From contig JAPLXS010000004.1 in assembly GCA_026395965.1 (NCBI GenBank), forward strand, positions 686 through 64,685: DNA of 64,000 nucleotides, read 5' to 3'. The DNA is from Candidatus Nomurabacteria bacterium (GTDB lineage Bacteria > Patescibacteriota > Minisyncoccia > Phycocordibacterales > UBA9973). Made by a program: the position numbers and the translations under genes. Positions 38,566-48,183 of the stretch are shown in pieces; positions within the stretch are counted from its first letter, which is position 1, and every line of letters starts with the position of its first letter. The notes under the pieces are model-generated. The model was given only the letters and a program-made list of their open reading frames with translations. It was not told where the DNA came from and did no database searches.

Positions 38566-39027
38566 ATGAGTGATCAAACACACAGTGAAAAAGTTTGGGA
38601 CAAAATCTTGAGTCCTAATGAAGAAGTTAAATATGAGTTCTCAATTGGAAAGCAGTATATAAAAACATATTTGATAATTTGGGCGATAATAAGTATACCT
38701 TTTGTTTTTGCAGTTGTTGGATTATTTATGTTTGCTTTAGCATTTTTGTATTTAAAAATATATTTACCAAAAGCAAATATCTACGGATTTACTAATAAGA
38801 GAGTACTGATACATAGAGGATTCTTTTCTACTGACTTAGTCAGTGTAGACTACAACAAAATTACTGATGTTACTGTTCGAGTATCTTTCTTAGATAAGAC
38901 ATTCACAAAGAGTGGACAGATATGTATTAATACAGCAGGTGGAATGGGTAAAGAAATAATCTTACAGCATGTAGCTAACCCATATGAAATTAAGAAAAAG
39001 TTGGACGGGTTAAGAGATGATAAGTAA
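38566..39027 (+). CDS. Bacterial PH-domain membrane protein
   Basis: TM segment, then Y.FTNKRV.I.RG......V.Y.KI.DV. Confidence 0.75.
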   Translation: MSDQTHSEKVWDKILSPNEEVKYEFSIGKQYIKTYLIIWAIISIPFVFAVVGLFMFALAFLYLKIYLPKANIYGFTNKRVLIHRGFFSTDLVSVDYNKITDVTVRVSFLDKTFTKSGQICINTAGGMGKEIILQHVANPYEIKKKLDGLRDDK

Positions 39028-39728
39028 TGAACATTATCTTAACTTGGAATATACGGCACGGCGGGGGCACGAGGGTAAATAAAATAATTGAAACTCTCAA
39101 GGGTCATACTGACGCTACGACCATTATTTTAACTGAGTTTAGGAATAACGATAATGCTTTACCAATACAAGAGGCACTCAAAGAACTTGGTTTCATTTAT
39201 CAATTCAAGGCACAGACTGAAATCAATAAAAATTCAGTTTTAATCGTTTCCAAAGAGAATTTTAAATACAAACTATTTCCTGAACTTACGAATCACTCCG
39301 AGCGTGTAGTAAAAGTCTATAATGATAACTATTCAATCTATGGTTGTTACTTCCCTGGAATGGATGACAAGAAATATGTGTTTGATTTCTTACTAAATGA
39401 GATTGAGAAAAACCCCAATGAGAAAATTATTATCACAGGAGATATTAATACTGGGAAACATTATATAGATGAACAGGGAGCAACCTTTGCTCATTCAGCG
39501 TATATCAACAAAATTGAAGAAAGTAATTTATTTGACGCATGGAGATATATTCACAACGACAAGAAAGACTTCAGTTGGTACAGTAGTGCGGGAAATGGAT
39601 TTAGACTAGATCACTTTTTTGTTCATAATGATTTAAAACCAAATGTTGTAAGTTGTGAATATATTCACCAATATAGAGAAGACAAGATTACAGATCATTC
39701 GATGATGGTGCTGACGTTAAGAAATTAA
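39027..39728 (+). CDS. Endonuclease/exonuclease/phosphatase (ExoIII-like) family protein
   Basis: TWNI, LTE, GDIN, RLDH and TDH motifs. Confidence 0.85.
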   Translation: MNIILTWNIRHGGGTRVNKIIETLKGHTDATTIILTEFRNNDNALPIQEALKELGFIYQFKAQTEINKNSVLIVSKENFKYKLFPELTNHSERVVKVYNDNYSIYGCYFPGMDDKKYVFDFLLNEIEKNPNEKIIITGDINTGKHYIDEQGATFAHSAYINKIEESNLFDAWRYIHNDKKDFSWYSSAGNGFRLDHFFVHNDLKPNVVSCEYIHQYREDKITDHSMMVLTLRN

Positions 39729-40237
39729 TTATTTCCATATGCTTTCAACGCTTTTGTTTCTGCATCTTCAGTAGTTTCTAATTTTTCTGGTATCGGCATG
39801 GGAGCTAATTTAATTGTATATTCGATATTTTCTGTCTTAACTTCTTGTATGTCTTGCTTGTCACAATTAAACCAATCCTGCTCAAACTTTTTAAGTTTAA
39901 CTTTGTCAGGTATCAGATAACTAAGATCTTCTTCACTACGATATGTTCTTAGCACTCTCCTGTATTTAGGATTTCTGTGCACGAGATAAAATTTGGCTGC
40001 GTTCAAATCATTGTCTTGAATACCTCTTGCAACGACACTTTCTGCTCCGTCACTTAAAAGACTGTCACCCTCAGCTTGAGCTTCATCAGCTTTTTTAGCA
40101 AATCCAGGAATATCTTTACGCCATTGGTAATAAGTTTGACGAGATACATTCAATTTTCTACAAGCCGAACCGATAATCGGATTTGTTCTTAACTCATCTA
40201 TAAATAATTGATTGAGTTTATGCTTTTTCATCGCCAC
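39725..40237 (-). CDS. HTH protein resembling a phage terminase small subunit
   Basis: AC..L.VSRQTYYQW.K..P.F...; AAKFYL. Confidence 0.6.
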   Translation of the reverse strand: MAMKKHKLNQLFIDELRTNPIIGSACRKLNVSRQTYYQWRKDIPGFAKKADEAQAEGDSLLSDGAESVVARGIQDNDLNAAKFYLVHRNPKYRRVLRTYRSEEDLSYLIPDKVKLKKFEQDWFNCDKQDIQEVKTENIEYTIKLAPMPIPEKLETTEDAETKALKAYGNN

Positions 40238-41507
40238 TAATTATTACCGCTTTCTTGCCAGTCATATGCTCCCAGCGTTTTATGATCAAATCACAAAACA
40301 CTGGCTCTAGTTCACATCCATAGACTGTTCGACCTAATTGTTCTGCACAGAGGAGTGTTGAACCTGAACCCAAGAAACTATCAAGAATAATGTCACCAAC
40401 TCTGGTACAGCGTTTAATTGCTTTCTCGTGGAGTGTTATGGGCTTACTAGTGGCATGTTCATATTCTTTACCTGATAGTCTTTTAGCAGTCCAAATATCA
40501 ATGTATGAATCTACTTGCTCTAAAAGTTCATTGCCTGTACCAAGTTCTTGATTCATTACTTCGTTGTACTTTGTCATGTCTTCGGCTAAGTATGGATTTT
40601 TTCTAACTGAGTATATGCACGGCTCATACACTTTGTTAAAAGCAACGCCAGGTGTTGGGTTCTGATTGTTCTTTAACCACAAACACACTCGCTTGTTTAC
40701 TAGTCTAACGTCTCGATATATTTGTTGAATCATTCCGATATACACTTGGTCGCAGTAATAGAATACATGAGTATCAGGATGTGATACTAGAAGTCCTGCT
40801 TCTAAACTATCTTTGATAAATTTGTGATATTCAGTAAATGATCTAGCGTCATTTACTTCTCCTCCATAGTCGCCGTCACCACCAATTCCGCCCGCATAGT
40901 CTACGTTCAGATTATACACAGGATCCGAGTAAATCATTGACGATCTGTCACCACCGAACAGTTTTTGCAGATTCTCTTTTTTAGTTGAATCACCGCATAG
41001 TATCTTATGTGACCCAAGTAAAACAGTATCACCCAATTTAACAACTGGATTTTTGTTTTTCTTGATTTCTTTTTCAACATCTATATCATCCTCAACAACT
41101 TTCTTGTCCTCATCCATTAATTTTGATAATTCTATTGAATCAAAACCAATATCAAGGAGAAGTGGTGTATCAAACGATTTGAGTAAATCAAAGTCCCAAG
41201 TACCGCCTAGAGCATTTGAAGCTATTAAGTACCTCTTAGCTTCGTCTTCTGATAATTTTCTGTTGGGTACTCGGCAGTCAATTAATTCGTCACCACGACC
41301 AAGGAGTTGCATTGCTTTTAGTCGCTGATGACCCGCCAGAATTTTACCGTCAGTATCAATGACAGGTATTTCGACTAAATTAAACTTTTTTAAACTTTTC
41401 TTGAGATCTGACATTTGTTTGTCAGATATTTTTCGAGGGTTTACCTCTTGAGGCACAAGATCAACGATTCTTTTTTGAATGGTTGACCATTCTAGTAGTG
41501 TTTCCAT
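40218..41507 (-). CDS. ParB N-terminal plus N4/N6 DNA methyltransferase (phage-type)
   Basis: NPR...ILAGHQR ParB; DPVY variant of DPPY; H.T.KP and LDSFLGSGST. Confidence 0.85.
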   Translation of the reverse strand: METLLEWSTIQKRIVDLVPQEVNPRKISDKQMSDLKKSLKKFNLVEIPVIDTDGKILAGHQRLKAMQLLGRGDELIDCRVPNRKLSEDEAKRYLIASNALGGTWDFDLLKSFDTPLLLDIGFDSIELSKLMDEDKKVVEDDIDVEKEIKKNKNPVVKLGDTVLLGSHKILCGDSTKKENLQKLFGGDRSSMIYSDPVYNLNVDYAGGIGGDGDYGGEVNDARSFTEYHKFIKDSLEAGLLVSHPDTHVFYYCDQVYIGMIQQIYRDVRLVNKRVCLWLKNNQNPTPGVAFNKVYEPCIYSVRKNPYLAEDMTKYNEVMNQELGTGNELLEQVDSYIDIWTAKRLSGKEYEHATSKPITLHEKAIKRCTRVGDIILDSFLGSGSTLLCAEQLGRTVYGCELEPVFCDLIIKRWEHMTGKKAVIISGDEKA

Positions 41508-41827
41508 AAATATATGAAATTATCTAATAATCGTAAATCCTATATATTTATAGGTTTCAGTATCTACGCTACTGGTGATAATTTATATTTATGGTTATTA
41601 AGTATATTTTATGCTAATACGACATTAAGCATATGCAAACGACTTAACCATATATTAAATATAACAGCATCTTTAATGCGGTCAAGAAAATGACAATATA
41701 ATTAGCATTAGAATATACTTAGTTAAAAATGGCAAATATTTTGTATCGGATACAAAGAAAATAGCTATATTTTAAAAGGAAATCATATATCTATCAGATT
41801 ATAAAAAAATTTGATATAATAAAAATT

Positions 41828-42979
41828 ATGAAAAATAATATAAATGATTTGTTTAATGATTTCTTAAAAAGCTATGATTCTGAGACTAAAGACTCCCTAT
41901 GGCTCGAGCAAAGTTCTAAATTTAAAGACTTTTGGAACAATAGGGTTATGTCTGATTCTAAGGAAGATTTAAGCGATTCAGAAATAGACGAAATCGTTAA
42001 AATTCTTGATAGAAACGGCAAAGGTAATACTTTTGGTTGTGAAGCTGTTGCCAAGGCAATGGTAGCTCAGGGAGCTTGGAGAAGAATGTTTAATGAATTA
42101 AAGAATAAGAAACACCTTGGAAAATGCTTAGATGAGATATTTAAAAATTCTGGTGACGCTAGGGCAAATTCAATTAATGAGCTCTATAAAGTAAATGAGG
42201 GTAATAAAAACGGACTAACTGGACCGAGTGGCAACGCCGTAAATGCTATGATTTTTGCATATAACCCCTCTAATAATTTAAGTATTATCTCTATTAAAGA
42301 CAGAAAAAAGTTATTAGAATATTTTAAGTTAGAAAATCATACAGATTTTGAAAATGATGCTATTGGGGAAAAGATAGTTAAATCCAATGAGGATCTTGTC
42401 AACGGATTCAAAAGCTTAAATATATATGGTTCCCCTAGAACAATAAGTACGTTTCTTTATACACCTGCAGTTAAATCTTTATGGAAAGATGAACCCGAAA
42501 ACACTTTTATCAGTTCTCCCGAAGAACAAGAAGAAGCAATTGAAATTCAAATAGAAGAAAAGCAAGACAATACGGATAGGACACTCTTTTACATGGAAAA
42601 AGAGCTTGAAAATTTCTTGATAAAAAACTGGGAAAAAACTGAATTAGGTAAAAAATATGATTTGATTGATGAAGACGGAAAATTTAGTCAACAATATCCC
42701 ACAGGAGTAGGACCAATAGATATTTTAGTGAAAGACAAAAAAGACGGAACATATGTCGTTCTTGAATTAAAAAGAAACCAAACGAGCGACGATACCATAG
42801 GTCAATTGGCTAGATACATGGGTTGGCTTGAAGAAAATAAGACAAACGGAAAACCAACGAGAGGGATAATTATTACAGGAGCATATGACAAAAGACTCTA
42901 TTATGCTTCAAAAAAGATAGTGGGTTGTGAAATATACATATACCAAGTTGATTTTAAGCTTAAGGAGTTTAAGGAATAA
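41828..42979 (+). CDS. NucS/DUF91-like PD-(D/E)XK nuclease with unknown N-terminal domain
   Basis: EKELE.FL, G.IDIL..D...VVLELK and GQLARYMGW. Confidence 0.8.
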   Translation: MKNNINDLFNDFLKSYDSETKDSLWLEQSSKFKDFWNNRVMSDSKEDLSDSEIDEIVKILDRNGKGNTFGCEAVAKAMVAQGAWRRMFNELKNKKHLGKCLDEIFKNSGDARANSINELYKVNEGNKNGLTGPSGNAVNAMIFAYNPSNNLSIISIKDRKKLLEYFKLENHTDFENDAIGEKIVKSNEDLVNGFKSLNIYGSPRTISTFLYTPAVKSLWKDEPENTFISSPEEQEEAIEIQIEEKQDNTDRTLFYMEKELENFLIKNWEKTELGKKYDLIDEDGKFSQQYPTGVGPIDILVKDKKDGTYVVLELKRNQTSDDTIGQLARYMGWLEENKTNGKPTRGIIITGAYDKRLYYASKKIVGCEIYIYQVDFKLKEFKE

Positions 42980-42994
42980 ACATAAAATATTTAT

Positions 42995-43618
42995 ATGACT
43001 GAACCAAAAATAACTAAAGTCACGGAAATAATAGAAAACATTGATTGGTATATTGATCAGCTTACTCCAAATGAAAAGGACAAAGATTATGTAGTTAAAA
43101 CAATAGCCAACTTGTTAGAGTTTACGGCTAACTATTTTTCACAAATTGATAAGAGCGAAAGAAACACACTAAAATTAATTGCTTATCAAGCTGTTAATGA
43201 TTTGTATAAGTATAGTTCCAATGTAAAGTTTATGAACTTTTCTTCTGGATTATTCCTAAGTAGCGTCGTTAAGGGAATATTTGATCAATTAGCAGAAAAA
43301 GATATTTATGTATTTTTTGTTATAGATAATACTATGGAAGATGACAGACTCGGAGCTTTTATAACTGCTTATAGTAAAGCAGGATTTAATGTTATTGATG
43401 AACCTGAAAATGGAAAGAACCTAATTGAAGATATAAAAAGTAAGATTCTTCCAAAAAGAAATACGTTATTGATGTTCAAAAATTATGAATTAGAAAAACC
43501 AATATTAAGTAATCTTTTTGAATTTCTTCATGGTTATTCAGACGATAATAATGTAACGGGATTTAAGAGTAGTGGATATTTAGACACAAAATCTTATGCT
43601 TGGGGTATCGTTATATAA
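42995..43618 (+). CDS. Hypothetical protein
   Basis: 207-aa ORF 15 nt downstream of the nuclease gene. Confidence 0.55.
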   Translation: MTEPKITKVTEIIENIDWYIDQLTPNEKDKDYVVKTIANLLEFTANYFSQIDKSERNTLKLIAYQAVNDLYKYSSNVKFMNFSSGLFLSSVVKGIFDQLAEKDIYVFFVIDNTMEDDRLGAFITAYSKAGFNVIDEPENGKNLIEDIKSKILPKRNTLLMFKNYELEKPILSNLFEFLHGYSDDNNVTGFKSSGYLDTKSYAWGIVI

Positions 43619-43644
43619 TAATTATACTAATGAAATAATTTAAC

Positions 43645-44610
43645 TTAAAGTAAAATATTAAATAAATATCCAGTAAAAATAATTCCGACAGCTACTATTC
43701 CAGCAAAGATAAAAATCAATTTAATTTTCATAACCTTTTTCAAAATCATAAACTCTGGGAGAGATAAGGCAGTTACGGACATCATAAATGCAAGCGTCGT
43801 GCCCATTGATACTCCTTTCTCGGTTAATGCTGATACTAAGGGAATAACCCCCGCAGCGTTTGAGTAAAGAGGTATGCCAATCAATACAGCAAGCGGTACA
43901 GCATACCATTTATCTGATCCTGCATATTGAGCCAAGAAATCAGCAGGAACATAACCGTGTATCCAAGCACCAATTCCTATACCAATCAAAATATAAATCC
44001 AAACTTTCTTTAATATGTCTAAGGTGTAATCTCTGGCATAAATAATTCTTTCTTTTCTGGTCATTGTGGGTAATTCAATATTTCCATTTATTGTGTTTTG
44101 ATAAACAAATGGTTCAACTAAATTTTCAACTTTCATTTTACCAATAATAATTCCAGAAAGAATAGAAATGATAAGTCCACTTACTATATACATTAAAGCA
44201 ATCTTCCAGCCGAACATTCCAAGAAGTAACACTAAAGCTACTTCGTTTATCATTGGAGAAGCCACAAGAAATGAGAAAGTTGTCCCAAGTGGAACTCCAG
44301 CTTGAATAAATCCTAAAAACAACGGAATAGCCGAGCAAGAGCAGAAAGGAGTGACTATACCTAATAGTGAAGCTATAACATTACCCATGTATTTTCTCTT
44401 ATGAGAAAGTATCGCTCTAATTTTCTCTGGTGGTAAATATGAACGAATGATTGAAACACAAAAGATAATAACGGACATCAAGATAAATATCTTTATGGTG
44501 TCATAAATGAAAAAATTTACAGCACCACCTAAAATACTATCTTTTGAAATTTCAAATAATTTAAAAGTAGTCCAGTCTGCAAAAAGTTGTACTGGATAAA
44601 ATATACTCAT
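43645..44610 (-). CDS. ArsP/DUF318 family permease
   Basis: TPFCSCSAIP, FL.ASP..NE and SLPE. Confidence 0.88.
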   Translation of the reverse strand: MSIFYPVQLFADWTTFKLFEISKDSILGGAVNFFIYDTIKIFILMSVIIFCVSIIRSYLPPEKIRAILSHKRKYMGNVIASLLGIVTPFCSCSAIPLFLGFIQAGVPLGTTFSFLVASPMINEVALVLLLGMFGWKIALMYIVSGLIISILSGIIIGKMKVENLVEPFVYQNTINGNIELPTMTRKERIIYARDYTLDILKKVWIYILIGIGIGAWIHGYVPADFLAQYAGSDKWYAVPLAVLIGIPLYSNAAGVIPLVSALTEKGVSMGTTLAFMMSVTALSLPEFMILKKVMKIKLIFIFAGIVAVGIIFTGYLFNILL

Positions 44611-44849
44611 TATAGATTCTTAGAAATTATTTCTTTTAATTGATCTTTGCTAGGAAGCATTCCCACAAGAATTGGTTTATCATTAATAGTTAAAACAGGG
44701 CTACTAATTAATCCCATATTAACAATCTTTGAAACATCAGTGCTGTATAATACAGTATCATTAATATTTAATTCTTTTACTGCTTCTTGTGTTAATTCAA
44801 AAAGCATTTTACATTTTTTACACCCTGACCCAATAACTTCTATTTTCAT
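44610..44849 (-). CDS. Small thioredoxin-like redox-active disulfide protein
   Basis: IEVIGSGCKKC...P.L.IN. Confidence 0.85.
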   Translation of the reverse strand: MKIEVIGSGCKKCKMLFELTQEAVKELNINDTVLYSTDVSKIVNMGLISSPVLTINDKPILVGMLPSKDQLKEIISKNL

Positions 44850-45118
44850 ATAATTTGTTTTGTTAATTCTGATTGATAATGTTTTATAACATCTTCATTT
44901 CTTGAATAGATTATTTTATTCCCGTCTCTACGACTTTTTAACAATTTTAGATCCTTTAAAATCTTCAAATGATGAGAGCTAAGGTTTTGAGGTAATTTAA
45001 GTTTTGGGTGTATCTCACAAGCACATTTTTCGCCATCTTTTAGAAAGCTTAAAATAGCCAATCTATTAGGTTCGGCAATGGTTGTGAGGTATTCTTTTAG
45101 ATTTAATTTGTTATCCAT
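44846..45118 (-). CDS. arsR: ArsR/SmtB family repressor
   Basis: PNRLAIL..L..GEKCACE...Q..SHHLKILK. Confidence 0.88.
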   Translation of the reverse strand: MDNKLNLKEYLTTIAEPNRLAILSFLKDGEKCACEIHPKLKLPQNLSSHHLKILKDLKLLKSRRDGNKIIYSRNEDVIKHYQSELTKQII

Positions 45119-45120
45119 AA

Positions 45121-45150
45121 ATACTATATCAACGTATATTGATATAGTAT
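45121..45150. promoter_or_regulatory. Putative ArsR operator
   Basis: Perfect 12-6-12 inverted repeat ATACTATATCAA-CGTATA-TTGATATAGTAT directly upstream of arsR. Confidence 0.7.
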
Positions 45151-45258
45151 CACTAACATAAACAAAAGCAAATTAGCTCTTTAGATAATGTGGTAAATAG
45201 TTGAAAACTTCAATAGCCAAAGTGGTGTCAGTATTGTCAGTATTCCTTTAAATATAAG

Positions 45259-45350
45259 GTGCCCGAGACACGTCGTTTTGGTATAATAAAGTTTAACCGA
45301 TAAGCCTTGCGGGGTAATGAACCCGACCGTTCTGGCACGAAAACGCCAGC
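45259..45350 (+). repeat. Diverged direct repeat of about 92 bp, copy 1
   Basis: Homologous to 46268-46360. Confidence 0.65.
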
Positions 45351-45407
45351 CACCTTGAGCACGTCTCGAATGCTCTAGATGCTTAGAAATTATTATTAAT
45401 AAATAGT

Positions 45408-46256
45408 ATGGATCAAGTCTCAGTATTAACATTAGTAAACTTATCAAAAGACATAGCACAACTTAATTTAGGATATTTAGGAATATCAGTAGCTATTTTG
45501 GGTGTATTGGGTGGAGTTTTCATCTATTTTAATATTAAACCACTTAAAGAAGCTCTCGATAAACAAGAGATAAAAATTGATGATTTAAAAAAGGAAGCTC
45601 ATGATTTATTAGATCAATCAAAAGAACAATCCGACAAAACCTTAGAAGAATTTAAATCAAATCAATTAGACACATTAGATAAAATTTTTAAACAGCAGAA
45701 AAATGAAATAGATCTTGAAACTAAAAACAAAATTCAAGAATCTCAAAATATTCTTTCTGATAAAATTGAAAATATTTCAGAAGACAAAGATAAAAAAATA
45801 AAAGAAATAATTTTGTCTGAAACCAATAATAATATTTCTAAGTTGGATAAAGATTTAACATTAAATATAAACACCTTAAAAGAAGGTGTTTCTACAGAAA
45901 TTAAATCTCTTAATTCAGATTTGAAATTAAAAATTAAAATATTGGGAGAGAAGATTAAAGAATTACAAGTTTATAGATATAGTAAAGAAGGACAAATGGG
46001 GGCTATAATTTATTCTATTGAATTGCTTGAAGATGCTATAGATGACTATGTAAAATTTAAGGATCTATTTAAGGATGATTTTAATAAAGAAAAATTTGGA
46101 TGGAAAATAAATTTCAGATTAGAGGGGTTGATAAAAGAAATAGGAGATCTTTCCATAGAAGAAGAATATAAGACAAAAATTAATTTACAAATAAAAAAAG
46201 TTGAAAATGAAATTATTTTTGGTACTTTGATAGATAGTCTTAAGAAAAAACTTTAG
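45408..46256 (+). CDS. Membrane-anchored coiled-coil hypothetical protein
   Basis: N-terminal TM and a long K/E-rich helical region. Confidence 0.65.
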   Translation: MDQVSVLTLVNLSKDIAQLNLGYLGISVAILGVLGGVFIYFNIKPLKEALDKQEIKIDDLKKEAHDLLDQSKEQSDKTLEEFKSNQLDTLDKIFKQQKNEIDLETKNKIQESQNILSDKIENISEDKDKKIKEIILSETNNNISKLDKDLTLNINTLKEGVSTEIKSLNSDLKLKIKILGEKIKELQVYRYSKEGQMGAIIYSIELLEDAIDDYVKFKDLFKDDFNKEKFGWKINFRLEGLIKEIGDLSIEEEYKTKINLQIKKVENEIIFGTLIDSLKKKL

Positions 46257-46267
46257 TAAAATTTTAT

Positions 46268-46360
46268 GTGCTTGAGATACGTCGTTGTTATATTATAAAA
46301 GTAGTAAAAATGACCTTTCAGGGTAAGGAACTAAAAGGTTCTAACTCGAGACGGCTAGCA
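46268..46360 (+). repeat. Diverged direct repeat of about 92 bp, copy 2
   Basis: Homologous to 45259-45350. Confidence 0.65.
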
Positions 46361-46425
46361 GTCTAGTTTTTTGTGCTAAGTGATTCAGACGGGTTAATTA
46401 CCTTATGAAATGTTATAATACAAAC

Positions 46426-46854
46426 ATGATGCAAATAATTATTCGAGTAAGAGGTGTTATTATAAATAAAGATAAATTACTCCTAGTTGGTATTGTTGGT
46501 AATGATTATATGTGTCTTCCGGGCGGAAAACTTGAACACGGAGAAGATGTTAAAGAATGTTTAAAAAGAGAATTGATAGAAGAACTTGGAGTAAGTCCAG
46601 TTATAGGTAATCTTTTATATGTGAATACTTTTATAGATAAAAATAATGACCATAATCTTGATTTTATTTTTGAAATTTTAAATGGGGAAGATTATGTTGA
46701 TTTAGATGGATTAGAAAGAACTCATGCTTTTGAATTGGATAATATAAATTGGGTTACTAGAGATAATAATACAAATTTTCGTCCAAAAACTATAATAAAT
46801 GATTTTAAAAATGATAGTATTTCTTCCAGTGAAGTTAAATATATAAAAGATTAA
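46426..46854 (+). CDS. NUDIX hydrolase
   Basis: PGGKLEHGE....CLKRELIEELG Nudix box. Confidence 0.9.
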   Translation: MMQIIIRVRGVIINKDKLLLVGIVGNDYMCLPGGKLEHGEDVKECLKRELIEELGVSPVIGNLLYVNTFIDKNNDHNLDFIFEILNGEDYVDLDGLERTHAFELDNINWVTRDNNTNFRPKTIINDFKNDSISSSEVKYIKD

Positions 46855-46931
46855 ATAAACTATAAACAACTCCCCAAACCAACCCGCCAACCCACCAAGT
46901 ATTTTATTCTTATTATTAGTATAATAAGAAT

Positions 46932-47852
46932 ATGAAAAACAAAATACTAATATTGGTTATTGTATTATTACTTATCGTGGCAGGTTCCATCGCGTATTTA
47001 TTTTACTTTAAAAATATAAAACCAGTACTGAGTCCAGTTGTAAATATAAATCCCGCTATTGAATACAACAATACAGAGTATGGGTTTTCTTTTGCATTAC
47101 CTGACGATTGGAAGGGTTATTCTATAATTCAAAATAATTGGGAGGGGAATCCATTAAATAACTCTTCATCAAAAGAGATTGGTCCAAAAATAATAATAAG
47201 AAATCCTAACTGGACTTCAACTCTACCATATGAGGATATACCAATAATGATTTTTACTTTGAAACAGTGGAATTCATACTTAGCAGAAGATTTTTCTGTG
47301 GGGGCCGCTCCTATTCCTGCAATCGAATTGGCGAGAAACAATGCTTTTGTTCTCGCTCTCCCTGCGCGTTGGAATTTTGATTATAGTAAAGGTTTTGAAC
47401 AAGCAGATAGTATTATAAAATCTAATCCAATAAAAGTATTTAATGTAAATATCGTTTCATATTTAAAAGATGGCATACAGTGTTATACCTATAATCATAA
47501 AGCTACAAATACAGAGCCATATAATGTAAATGAATTTATAAATATGACAATAAAAGACAATGTGATTAGTGGAACTAAAACAGGGAACCAGAGCGGACCT
47601 GATATGACCAATGGTTATTTTGGAACTATAAATGGAACTTGGAGCGAGAATACAATCGATGTTGTATACGCATATGCAGTAGAAGGTTCTAAAAATAAGG
47701 AAAAAGAAATATATAAAATAAGAGAAGATCAGAGGGGAATTGAAAAATTAAGATATCAATTGGTTGAGAAAAATGGAATACTCGTACCTGATACTACAAA
47801 GGAATTTAAAACAATGCTATATGCTAGAGTGGATTGTAATGCCTCTAATTAA
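46932..47852 (+). CDS. Membrane-anchored surface hypothetical protein
   Basis: N-terminal TM; Y.N.EYGFSF.LP..W motif. Confidence 0.65.
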   Translation: MKNKILILVIVLLLIVAGSIAYLFYFKNIKPVLSPVVNINPAIEYNNTEYGFSFALPDDWKGYSIIQNNWEGNPLNNSSSKEIGPKIIIRNPNWTSTLPYEDIPIMIFTLKQWNSYLAEDFSVGAAPIPAIELARNNAFVLALPARWNFDYSKGFEQADSIIKSNPIKVFNVNIVSYLKDGIQCYTYNHKATNTEPYNVNEFINMTIKDNVISGTKTGNQSGPDMTNGYFGTINGTWSENTIDVVYAYAVEGSKNKEKEIYKIREDQRGIEKLRYQLVEKNGILVPDTTKEFKTMLYARVDCNASN

Positions 47853-47860
47853 TTATTTCT

Positions 47861-48115
47861 ATGAAAAATAATAAAATTTGGTTTGTAAATAAAACTTATG
47901 GGTATGGTTGGACACCATATACTTGGGAGGGGTGGCTTGTGTTGCTTTTTTGGCTTATTCTTTTTATTCCTCTAACTTTATTTGCAAAGTATAATTGGAT
48001 TTTAAGTACCACAGGAATATTGTTTATATCGGGTTTATTAATATATGTTTGCTACAAAAAGGGGGAGAAGCCTAAATGGCAATGGGGAAAAAGAAAAGAT
48101 ATAAATAGTAAATAA
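47861..48115 (+). CDS. Small membrane protein
   Basis: WF..K.YG.GWTP.TWEGW plus 2 TM and KGE.P.W.WG. Confidence 0.7.
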   Translation: MKNNKIWFVNKTYGYGWTPYTWEGWLVLLFWLILFIPLTLFAKYNWILSTTGILFISGLLIYVCYKKGEKPKWQWGKRKDINSK

Positions 48116-48119
48116 TCCG

Positions 48120-48163
48120 TATAGACGTCCAACATCTATGGCTATAGGTGTTGGACGTCTATA
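48120..48163. repeat. REP-like palindrome with GTCCAAC/GTTGGAC core
   Basis: 20-bp stem with 4-nt loop; related to 60949-60987. Confidence 0.7.
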
Positions 48164-48183
48164 TTTTTGATATAATGATTTAT

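Larger units (their letters stand above)
28132..45275. mobile_element. Putative integrated defence/metal-resistance island; boundaries tentative
   Basis: Begins after tRNA-Gln; carries a serine recombinase, R-M, phage-like and ars genes; 13/15 direct repeat at 28132-28146 and 45261-45275. Confidence 0.6.

Noticed and set aside
39725-41507. Intact prophage
   Set aside because: No large terminase, portal, capsid, tail or lysis genes in the window
45259-45362. tRNA-like gene on the minus strand (GCTCAAGG...TCTCGGGCACC ends)
   Set aside because: No T-loop, D-arm or anticodon arm can be folded; the acceptor-like pairing may be coincidental
45181-45459. 92-aa minus-strand ORF
   Set aside because: Overlaps the structured repeat and the start of the 282-aa gene on the opposite strand; no protein features
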